Source of the DNA: Octopus sinensis
Lineage: Eukaryota
Assembly (NCBI RefSeq): GCF_006345805.1
Contig: NC_043011.1
Coordinates: forward strand, 19,108,464-19,172,463
Length of the DNA stretch: 64,000 nt
Reading direction: 5' to 3'
This document shows, piece after piece, positions 51,783 to 61,783 of this stretch. The translations under genes and the position numbers were made by a program. The notes under the pieces are model-generated. The model searched no databases and had not been told where the DNA came from. It worked only from the letters and a program-made list of their open reading frames with translations. Within the stretch, counting starts at the first letter, position 1, and each line of letters opens with the position of its first letter.

Positions 51783-53433
51783 TATTTTTTTATTACCCAC
51801 TAGGGGCTACATAGAGGGGACATTACAAACATTGGGGACATAGAACATCACAATTACATATATATGAGCAAAATGGAATATGAAAATGGTATATGAGAGT
51901 GATACCGACGGCCCCATCCGCCAGCATCACTTATCTATCCTTCTTCACCCATTTCCAATTAGTATTCCTTTTTTTCCTATCACAACATTCGTTTTTCTTT
52001 TAGCCATCTCTATCCATTCATCTTTCATTTCCACTGACTTCCAACACACACCCTCTTCCTCAAACCTTCTCGCCAATATACCCGTATCATCACTATCCAC
52101 AGCCGTGTAGCTACAATCTTCGTGTTCGTACCACTTGGTTAACACCCGTTTTTTAACGTTTTGTATGTCTTTCCCATGTATAACACATAAAAAATGGGTC
52201 TTGGGACTTTCTTTGCTCTGTGTGTCTGTTTTTGATTTTCTTGTAGGCGGGGAGTGGGTGGAATCACTGTTTGCAGGGGAAGGATGGGACTCCAAGGGAT
52301 GGGTGGTGTGGGGGTGGGTTGGGGCTTCGCACAGTTTTTCTTTTTCTTTCTTTTTCTCTTTGTTCCCCCTTCTTTCCACTCTTGTTGCATCTCCTCTTCT
52401 TCTGTCGTTTTCTTCTCTGTTTGTTTCTGTTATTTTCTTCCTCTCCTGAGGCTTCCTCAACGCTTTCCTTTTCTTTTTCCTTTGGTGGGGGAGGGCAGTA
52501 GGCTCTTATGTGACCCCTTGGCCACACTTGTAGCACCTGGGCGCCCTACCCTCCACCCACACACTTCATAATAATATTTCCAGTTTTTATGCTGTCCGTA
52601 ATCCTCTCTATAACATCCGCCTCCGTTTGAATGTTCATAACTAGTGTGGCACCTCTCACGCCTTCATACTTCATAATGGCGTGGAGGATGTCCACTTATC
52701 TTCATTTCCTTTTATAACCGCAGCCGTTATTACTTCGCCCTCTAGGTGTGGAGGTATTCCTTCCACCCTAATTCTGGTGTCCGCCTATTCAGATACGAGG
52801 GTAACAAGTAAATCTTTTCTGTACTCACCACCTTGGCTGCTACATTCCTGGCTGCTTTTTCACTTTTAAATTGCACCGTTACGGTTCCGTATTGTAATCC
52901 TTTTGTCATGTACACAATTTCCTCTCCTGTCTGCTTGAGAGCCTCTTCAATTGCTTCCATGTTAATTACTTCCATCTTTCTACCTCCATTCATAAATACT
53001 TTATATTTAATGGTTCTACGATGGAACCAGTCTCCGCGCCCTACTGGAGGCAGCAGCTCAACTTCACCGTTCTCGTCCTCCTTCACAAACTCCTGGAGGC
53101 CCGCCAACTTAGCCAGGTCTATCTCTCTTTCCGTTGACTTCTTCGTTACACCTGCGTAGGTGCCTTCCATCCTTTTCACCGCCAACTCCTCCTCAGATGT
53201 CGACACTTCCGTCGAAATTTCAGAGAAATTTCTCCCTTCCATCTCCTCCGTTTGATGGAGGCGGCTCATAATCGCCTCAGACCGAAAAACGGCCTCCCGA
53301 ACCGAAAAAGTGCAACGCGCAGAACCAGTGGAACGCGAAACCGCCCCAACGCCGTTCAAAACCTCCACAACAACAACAACTCTTTCTTTACCGAATTTTA
53401 CGAGCGTAAAAAACACGGAGCCGAAAAAAACGC
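51783..53433 (-). mobile_element. Unit U6: family-2 ORF1-only element (~1.65 kb)
   Basis: Head CGCGTTTTTTTCGGCTCC; tail GTAGCCCCTAGTGGGTAATAAAAAAA. Confidence 0.88.
51945..53269 (-). CDS. Family-2 ORF1/Gag-like protein, frameshifted
   Basis: Track fragments 52742-53416, 52264-52536 and 51945-52460; CCHC knuckle near 52500-52535. Confidence 0.72.
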
Positions 53434-53620
53434 GACCTTTTTTCTCTACATTGTATACTTTATAGACAATAGTCTTTTCTTTAATTTAATTTTTTATTAT
53501 CCTTCTGGACTATTCCATTTCTGCACGCTAATTGTATTTTTAATTTATTCCCATTCATGCGAAACCACTTATTCAGGTTCAAATCATTGATGCAATTTTA
53601 TACCAATTGCTATTTTTACT
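53434..53620 (-). pseudogene. 5' part of the old relative U0
   Basis: Minus reads IKEKTIVYKVYNVEKKG up to the array, matching RRTIKYKVF (family 2) and NKTITYRT (family 1); joins the 41969/44665 part in frame. Confidence 0.6.
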
Positions 53621-53639
53621 TTTGTTATGGTATGCTTAT

Positions 53640-53977
53640 ATTATACTTTAGTTTGATTTTAATTATTACTAACTACATATAATTCAATTGTTATTATTAT
53701 TTTTATTGTTAAAGTGAAAGTATCTGACATAAAATAGAGAAACGTTTTTGTTTCACTTTTAAAACGTAATACTGAATTAGTGGAGAAGATATGATATTGC
53801 TCTGGGCTCGCTCTAGGCAAGAAGTTGAACATTGTTTTTGCCCATGAAACTACATGGACCCTAAGTAAGGCATGTGTAAACTTTGAATGAAATTGGTTGT
53901 GTGGTTCTCAAGTTTTAGGGAAACACTCAGACAGACAGACAGACCCACACACATTCTCAGTTTTATATATATAAAGA
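53640..53977 (-). mobile_element. Non-autonomous Helitron 5' end
   Basis: A|TCTTTATATATATAAAACTGAGAATGTGTG..(TCTG)n, similar to the 5' end at 61393; an 80-bp copy lies at 58382-58459. Confidence 0.65.
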
Positions 53978-54292
53978 TTGACTGGCAAACTGTTACCTAC
54001 CTCTTTGTTTCTTTGTTGTTAAATAAATGGATTGCCAACAAAACACTTTTCCCTAGGCGTAAACTAAAAGCAAAACCCTTTAGAGGAACAAAAACCTGGT
54101 AGGTGGTGACAAATGTCCTACAATTAGAGCGGCATGCGTGCTAATTTGTGGACGTGCATAAATTACAGTATTTGAACTCAGAACGTCACGGCAGATGAAA
54201 TACAGGCAAATTAATAAAATGATTTCATACAATATATGTACTTATCAATAATACATTAAACGTCAGTTTCAATCTTGTTTGGTAGCTTGTAA

Positions 54293-54832
54293 TGTTAAAC
54301 ATGGAGGATCATCTGTGATGATCGGACGGTTTTGTGGCTACATATAGGAAAACTGTCCGCCCAATGGTTTCTCTTCTAGGCAGAATTAATAGTCAAAACT
54401 ATTTAGTCATTTTATCAGATCAAATTCTCCCTATGTTTGCGGAACTGTGTCCAGAATGGAACGCATTCTTTCAGGATGATTATGAACCAATTCACAAAGC
54501 TAAAGTTGTTTGTGAATGACACGAGGAACATTCTAGTGAAGTTGAACATCTTATCTGGCCACCGCAGTCCCCGGATCTCAATATTATTAAGCTTTTATAT
54601 TTGATTTTAGAAAACACAAGTAAGGAGTCGATATCATCCATCATCATCACTACAAGAAATAGAGACTGTTTTCGCTAAAGAATAGACAAAATTTCCTTTG
54701 GAAACTATTCAAGTGTTGTACGAGTCCATACTTCGTAGAATCCAAGCTGTAATTACTGCCCAAAAATTGGTCCTACCTCATATAAAAATAAATTTGTTTG
54801 AAATTTTAACGTTTCCATTATTTTGTGCAACA

Positions 54833-54838
<6 letters not shown>
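54293..54838 (+). pseudogene. Tc1 transposase C-terminal half plus terminal inverted repeat and TA
   Basis: VKHGGSSVM; FFQDDYEPIH; WPPQSPDLNII; TIR gtttccattattttgtgcaacatctg|TA at 54811-54838. Confidence 0.9.
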
Positions 54839-54877
<39 letters not shown>

Positions 54878-55274
54878 CTAAGGGATACTTAAATCCAAAG
54901 TCACTCCTGCTTATTACCTGGGTAGGTACAGTTTTTAGTAAAGCTGTAGGGTAGCAGGTGGTTCGGTTGTTAGACCGTATTTTATGTTATATAAGAGAAG
55001 AAAATGGATCTAATAAAAAGGGGATACTCGTCGTAGATAGATAGATACATAGGTAAGGAGGGGAAAATAATTGATACATATGTGATGGTAATAGAAGCAA
55101 AGATAGTCTCACATTAAATTTTGTTCTTGCGCTAGTAATTTCGTTGGGGAGCGGTTTCATTGTAATAGACTGGTTAGTTTCGTTAGGCAATTAGAGAGGG
55201 GTGAAGAACAAAATTTAATGTAAGTCTTACTATCTTTGCTTCTATTACCATCACATATGTATAAATTATTTTCG

Positions 55275-56010
55275 TTAACAGTTGGAAGAAGGCAGTCTGG
55301 ATCAAATATTTCATTTGGCTGTCTCCATACGTATACTCGGCCGGGGGTCCGAAATAAAGAAAAGGAAGACTCCTCCGAGAAAATAACATTCTTCCACTGC
55401 TCTAGGGACCAATTCTGTAGATTTTTACTCCACACTAACCGCTTTGCAACGTTTAATTTTGAATGTAGTCTTTTTCTGATTACAGCACTCCCGCGAAATC
55501 CGGCTTTGTGCAGCTCCCGGCGAAGAGTTTTTGCGGAAACTAGGGTTCTCGAGGTTGTCATCAAGCTCTGTAGTAATTTTGGGAGCTATATGTTTGTGAC
55601 CCTTTCTAACAATTCGCGTGAGAATCCGAAGGTCCTCATCTGAAAGTTTTGGTTTTCCTCTGGAGTTTTGTTTCAACAAGGTTTTTCCTTCTTTCTCAAA
55701 GAGGCGGTTTCGAGGCAGTACTTCTTGATACATCAATCATTTCGGGTGTTTTCGTTAAGCTAGCGTCTGCCATACGAGCACCAACAATTTAACCTCTTTG
55801 AAAGTCCGATAGAGCTGTGATTTTAATGAATTTTAATTACTGTTTCGGATGATATCTGAAAAGGAACAGCAATTTTAGCTAAACGTAATAAGCAACAATA
55901 GTAATTTATCAAAAAACATAAACATAAACAATCTTTTGACAGCTTTATAGATATTTTAATTTTAAAATGCTATAATGATCGGTGTTTCTATTATTTTTTC
56001 CAATTCTTAA
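55275..56010 (-). pseudogene. Tc1 transposase N-terminal half plus terminal inverted repeat
   Basis: RGKPKLSDEDLRILTRIV; VSAKTLRRELHKAGF; KRLVWSK...WKNVIFSEESSF; VWRQPNE.FDPDCLLPTV; decayed TIR at 55981-56010. Confidence 0.9.
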
Positions 56011-56020
56011 GGATATATAT

Positions 56021-56066
<46 letters not shown>

Positions 56067-56440
56067 GAGAGAGAGAGAGAGAGAGACTAATATGTAGACA
56101 AACGCTACGTGGCTAATTTTACCAAGAATGCTTATTGTGAAATTTCGGTGGTTGTTCTTCATCTTTGCATTTCCTCTTGGCCTTTTGTTTGTTTCTTTTG
56201 GGGTTTTTTAAGCTGAAGACAGGAACATATTTTCCTCTTGCGAAGAAATGTATAGTCATTATGTCTGTGTCTTGTTCATTAACTTTATCTTTTCTCCTGG
56301 GCGTCAGTCATTTAAGAATATAAAGATGTCTTATACAATTATTTGCTGATCACAATATGCATATATATATATATATTATATATATATATATACATCCCTG
56401 AATGTACATCTGCATATATATCTGTATATATGCATATATA

Positions 56441-56498
<58 letters not shown>

Positions 56499-57044
56499 TA
56501 CACACACATACATATATATGTATTTACACACGCGCGCACACACATACACAAGGCAGACGGTTGCAGGTAAACGAAAAATAAAACAAATATTATTGTTGAA
56601 TGACGTAAGAAGAAGAACAATGAAGATATTCACAGGCACTATATTCAATGAACACGCTCCATACAACAGCCAGCACGCAGACGACAATGAATCTGCATGT
56701 AGCATAACCGATAATAATGTTCAGAGAGAATGTATCATACTTATCGAAAACTATGCGACGATAAGAATATATGCGTATCAATTAGAGAAATGCGGTAAAA
56801 GAAATATAAATTGATAGAAAATCACATGGTATAAACCCTAGTATGTATTTCTGCTTGCAGTTTCAATAATTCCTCTACTTAACAATCGTATCCTACTTTA
56901 GCAGAATTGACATAAGATCATTATCGTATTTGTATAGAAATATACACACTGTATCACACCTAACGGCACAAACTGTAACTTATAACATTTTTCTAAATCG
57001 TATAGATGCTACAGTAAATCTAATTCTACAACAAATAATGACGC

Positions 57045-57140
57045 TCACTGGGAGGTGTCATTTGAGGGCTAAAAACAATGCCAAGCGCATTGTGACCAGC
57101 GATGTGCAGCAACATCTGATAGCCTGGTGGCCACGGTGAT
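57045..57140 (+). mobile_element. SINE 3' fragment (family of 12704)
   Basis: 'gtcatttgagggctaaaaacaatg..gcgcattgtgaccagcgatgtgcagcaacatctgatagcctgg'. Confidence 0.8.
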
Positions 57141-57159
57141 ATATATATATATATTATAT

Positions 57160-57191
<32 letters not shown>

Positions 57192-57306
57192 GAAAGAAAG
57201 AACTATTAATATAATGTCAAATGTAAATATTTGACAATGATGTACATATGTACATATTCTTACACACACATACATTATATATGTATATGTATATATATAT
57301 ATATAG

Positions 57307-57354
<48 letters not shown>

Positions 57355-57543
57355 AACAAAGTAGTAAATAAATGGTGCAACTAAGTACCGATATTTACTG
57401 GAAATAGCGAACGTAAAAATACGACGCTAATGTATAGCTTCACCGCGTATGTATTAGTAAAAATGCGTGTGTGCAACAAACTAGAGATAAACGTTTTACC
57501 TCCAGGGAGAACATCTGAAAGATGAAATACCCGGAAAAGGATA

Positions 57544-57621
57544 ATGTGGGACCTGCAGTTTTCAGATTTTACAAGATATGACTGCCACCCATATCTTATT
57601 CTATCTTCATCAGCCAAGCAT
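57544..57621 (-). ncRNA. Type I hammerhead ribozyme (one mismatch in stem III)
   Basis: AUG(CU)UGG-CUGAUGA-AGAU..AAGAUAUG(GGUGGCAGU)CAUAUCUU..AUCU-GAAA-ACUGCAGG-UC-CCACAU; predicted cleavage between 57550 and 57549. Confidence 0.75.
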
Positions 57622-57971
57622 ATACCATGACGAAATCTACGATGTTACCACATTAATACTATTACACTCGACTGAAAAGCGGAACGCTAAAGGTACGAAA
57701 AACGGTGAAGAAGCTTCAATAAATTAGTAATGCAATACAAAGTATCGCCTTCCTGTAAAGAACAGCCCGTGAGGGAAAAATACACAAAGTAGTAAATAAA
57801 TGGCACAACTATGTACCGATATTTACTGGAAATAGCGAACGTAAAGATACGACGCTAATGTATAGCTTCACCGCGTATGTATTAGTAAAAATGCGTCTGT
57901 GCAACAAACTAGAGAAAAACGTCTTACCTCCAGGGAGAACATCTGAAAGATGAAATTCCCGGAAAAGGATA

Positions 57972-58049
57972 ATGTGGGACCTGCAGGTTTCAGATTTTAC
58001 AAGTTATGACTGCCACCCATATCTTATTCTATCTTCATCAGCCAAGCAT
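57972..58049 (-). ncRNA. Type I hammerhead ribozyme, canonical core
   Basis: CUGAUGA...GAAA-CCUGCAGG-UC with palindrome ACCUGCAGGU and a GUC triplet; predicted cleavage between 57978 and 57977. Confidence 0.85.
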
Positions 58050-58105
58050 ATACCATGATGAAATCTACGATGTTACCACATTAATACTATTACACTCGAC
58101 TGAAA

Positions 58106-58248
58106 TTGGAATTTCGTTGTGTAGGTTCGTTTCTCTGTGTTTACTTTCCTATTTACCATTTTCCTCTTTCGTCGTTTACATATTTAACTCGTTTTTCAAA
58201 TTCCCTGCATGATTTTGTCCTATATCTGTCTGATTTTTAAACATATGC

Positions 58249-58335
<87 letters not shown>

Positions 58336-59354
58336 AAAGAACTATTAAAATGATGTCAAATGTAAATATTTGACAATGATAGTTGTGTAGTTCTCAGGGT
58401 TTAGGGAAACACACAGACAGACAGACAGACACAAATTCTCAGTTTTATATATATAAAGATTACAGAATATTTATAGAATTTTATTGACAAGTGGAAACGC
58501 TTGTTTGACTCATTAACACTTGGTGCAACGTCGTCGACAAATCACTAATCGTATTAGGTTCATTTACTGTCGAAAGTTCAAAGATGTGTACTCATACCTA
58601 ATTCTACTATCTTCGCACGTTGAAGTGTGTGTAGACAGCAAACATTGTCGAGCAGAAGAAAATCTTGTAATCATAGATGAGAACTGGCTGATGAGTATGA
58701 GCCACTTTAGGTGTGATCTGAAAAAACGAGCATATCACTGGTAATTTATTGCAACTTAATTTCTTATGCCAGCCTGAATCATAGTGTAATCGACTTCGGA
58801 GAATCGACTTTATGGCATTCTGAAACATCTACTCCGTTAGGTTTGCTCCTTCTGATAATTCTTTGAGCAAAGATAAATTCATAATCTTGGAACTACCCAA
58901 TAATGTATATATCATAACATATTGCATATTTTCAGGTAGTTTCATAACTCACAATTAACAGCTAAGTAAATGGACATTGAAAGCGAACAAAATACGTAAT
59001 AGAATTTTAACATAGAGGTAACACATATATACAGTTCTGATATTAAAGATGACACTGAATATCATCATCCTTTACATCTACGTACATAAAGAGGGCTGTT
59101 TTGTGATAGGTCTTTATTAAATACAACAGTTCTGATACGCAGAAATGAAATTAATTTCAATTAGCTGTGAATTAGCTTTAAAACGTCTCAATCAATACGG
59201 CGTGGCTGAATGCATATGTTTAAAAATCAGACAGATATAGGACAAAATCATGCAGGGAATTTGAAAAACGAGTTAAATATGTAAACGACGAAAGAGGAAA
59301 ATGGTAAATAGGAAAGTAAACACAGAGAAACGAACCTACACAACGAAATTCCAA
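58106..59354. repeat. Perfect 146-bp inverted repeat (58106-58251 / 59209-59354)
   Basis: The two arms are exact reverse complements on base-by-base reading. Confidence 0.92.
58382..58459 (-). mobile_element. Helitron 5' end fragment
   Basis: Matches 53895-53977 (A|TCTTTATATATATAAAACTGAGAAT..). Confidence 0.65.
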
Positions 59355-59391
59355 CTTAGTCTAATATTCACGTTTATTAATAATCTTATAA

Positions 59392-59448
59392 TAATATAAT
59401 ATAATATAATATAATATAATATAATATAATATAATATAATATAATATA
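59392..59448. repeat. (TATAA)n pentanucleotide microsatellite
   Basis: Seen directly. Confidence 0.95.
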
Positions 59449-59482
59449 AGGAAATGATAGAATATTAAATGTCTGCTCTGAC

Positions 59483-59527
59483 TGAACTAGCAATTTCGTG
59501 CATAAAACTATGCAATCTTCAGGTTCA
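59483..59527 (-). ncRNA. Degenerate minimal hammerhead downstream of the minus-strand PLE
   Basis: UGAAC-CUGAAGA-U-UGCAUA(GUUU)UAUGCA-C-GAAA-UUGC-UA-GUUCA. Stems I and II are good; stem III and the 10.1-11.1 pair are mismatched. Confidence 0.45.
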
Positions 59528-59858
59528 TGTAATAGTAGCAACAGTTATGTGGTACAATTTACAACTGTGGCGAGATGGCTAAACTCTGTGCCTTAAATAC
59601 ATTTGTATAAGCTCCAAGATATTAATTTGTGCACGCTGTATTCTGTCCAAACAGTCTGTGATTTTACTAAATATCTTACGTTGGTTTAGGTGTCACGCTT
59701 TGTTGAACATTTCAGGAGACCTGTATCTTAACCCTCGCCGAAGCAATAATTGTTGGTGTATTTTTAGAAATATTGTAAGCAACATTTCCCAGGGATTTTT
59801 ACATTTCAATTATTAACATCATCATTATCATCTCCTTTATTATTGTTGTTATTGTTGC

Positions 59859-59913
<55 letters not shown>

Positions 59914-60129
59914 GGTAGTGGTGATGGTGATAGTTGGAGTAGCTGTGGCAATAGAACTTTAAACAACAAATTAAGAATTTTTACTGACTTTTCTCTTGCT
60001 ATCATCATAATGATCATGTTTAGTGTTGTTGTCATTAGTGGTAGTGGTCGGAGCACTAGAAATAGTAGTTCTAAGTATTAGTATTATTGTTTATTTAGCT
60101 TTGTTGGAATCTATTACTAAAGATCTTTT

Positions 60130-61230
60130 CTTTGATTTCTCCTTCAATTTCAGTTACAATGTGTAGTTTGTAGAATGGAAATATATTTTCCGACCGCATG
60201 TTGCTAGATGGTTACTCAGAGGTATCTGACGGACATCTGGGTCTCTAATTTGCAGTCGGCATACACGTAAACGTTCTGATAGTGCATTTCTAGTCCGACC
60301 TATATATATTTCTTCACAATTTCGGCATTTGATGTAGTAAATTAAATTTCTGCTTTTGCATTTCATATTTGTGTTTGTGAATATTTTTTCCGGGATTTTG
60401 TGTTCATATATTTTGTGCTAAATGGCGGTGTCGCAGCATGGCCACAGCTCGTGAGCTGAAACTAGATAAAATTTTTAAAAAATAAAAATAAAAGATATTG
60501 GTTGGTATGTATGAATTGAAATGTGCTGCATTGGTAACCATTGCATTTGTATACAGTGAATGATTGGTCGTTGTTGCTGAGGTCCAACTTCGCCTTTGTA
60601 AATAACTTTTACAAGATTTTAGGCTATCTTTACTAAGAACCATAACTCGATCTGTAAGTATATCTCTTATTTCATTAGATTTAGCAATGCTTGGTAAGTT
60701 TGTTTTGGCAATGCTGAAGATATTCTGGTGGCATTGGTTGTGTGTCACTATAAATGGTATGACTTATTCCTGTTCTTCTCTTCTTTAGGTTGTTCTCAGT
60801 TGTTGCATCGGTATTATTTTAGCCCGCCGTATGCCATTTTTTATAAGTAGAGATGGGTATTATTGTTTGAGCAAACATTCTCTTAGGCGTTTGTTTGTTC
60901 CTGACATTTGCATCTTCTACAATGGTGCAAATAATTCTGGCTAGGCATTATGGAATGTTGCGTTTTGTATGTGGTGGATGGCACGACTTAAAATTCAGAT
61001 ATCGATGTATGTCCGTGTCTTTGTAGTATATATCCGTTGTAATGGTGGATTCCTTTTAATTACCATTATATCTAGCAACGGTAATTTAGTACTACTCATC
61101 TTCTTTGTACATGGGAGAGATTATTCAAGAGGATATTGAACTCTTCCAGTCTACTTAAAGTTTCTGTCCAGATTATGAAACAATCGTCAAGGTACCTCTT
61201 TCATGCCTTTCTGATATAATTTCTAAATCC
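60130..61230 (-). pseudogene. Decayed Penelope-like element, RT catalytic region to GIY-YIG (Neptune-like); SINE tail inserted at ~60421-60470
   Basis: KRYLDDCFIIW near 61165-61200; KCKSRNLIYYIKCRNCEEIYIGRT...L..RL at 60154-60366. Confidence 0.88.
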
Positions 61231-61392
61231 AGTATATATATATATGAATATGAGTATATATATATGAATTATGAAAACAGACAAAAATATATTTAGCAAA
61301 ATAACTTCGCAGTCCTTCATTTCTCCTTTGATGTTACGAATAACCTAGGCAAGAAATGTATATCTTTCTTTTAGTTAAATTTGTCCAATAAA

Positions 61393-61783
61393 TCTTTATA
61401 TATAAAAGTGAGGTTGTGTGCTGTCTGTCCCTACGATTTAGATTCCTAACTTCTCCCACATTTTGCGGTGCAGTTTAACCAAAACCGAGTATCTTATAGT
61501 CATGATTCATATCGAGCCCTTCTGGGTATTAGCGCGCGTCTACGATGAGTCTACGATTAAAAAAAAATTACCATCATTTTTCCCATTTCTAATGCATTTT
61601 TTGCATATATAAGGGAAGTAGCTCTCTAAAAATTTATTATTAAATCTCAGAAGGTAAAAAACTACAGTAACACCCCCCTTTGTGGTTAGCCATATTGAGA
61701 TGGCTATTATACTTTAGATCTCTAAAAATGCTTATATCGTTATTTCCCTTACAAACCCGAGCAACGCCGGGCGATACTGCTAG
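61393..61783 (+). mobile_element. Complete non-autonomous Helitron (391 bp)
   Basis: A|TC start, CCCGAGCAACGCCGGG hairpin, CTAG|T end, no target-site duplication. Confidence 0.8.

Larger units (their letters stand above)
57355..58105 (-). mobile_element. Tandem direct repeat (428-bp unit, ~1.75 copies) abutting (TA)n; retrozyme/PLE pLTR-like
   Basis: 57357-57677 matches 57785-58105 at a constant 428-bp offset; each copy has a minus-strand hammerhead. Confidence 0.9.

Noticed and set aside
41970-53433. Literal telomeric (HeT-A/TART) array or CRISPR-like array
   Set aside because: More than 10 kb of ordinary old repeats continue beyond the 5'-most unit, with no telomeric tract. Units are kilobase-sized coding elements, not repeat-spacer arrays.
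56205-56265. CUGAAGA ... GAAA ... GUC on the plus strand (and CUGAUGA ... GAAA at ~58688)
   Set aside because: Flanks do not pair to form stem I, and stems II/III are inconsistent.
58520-58744. ORF with NLVIIDENW, faintly like a mariner/piggyBac first-Asp motif
   Set aside because: No other transposase motifs or TIRs nearby.
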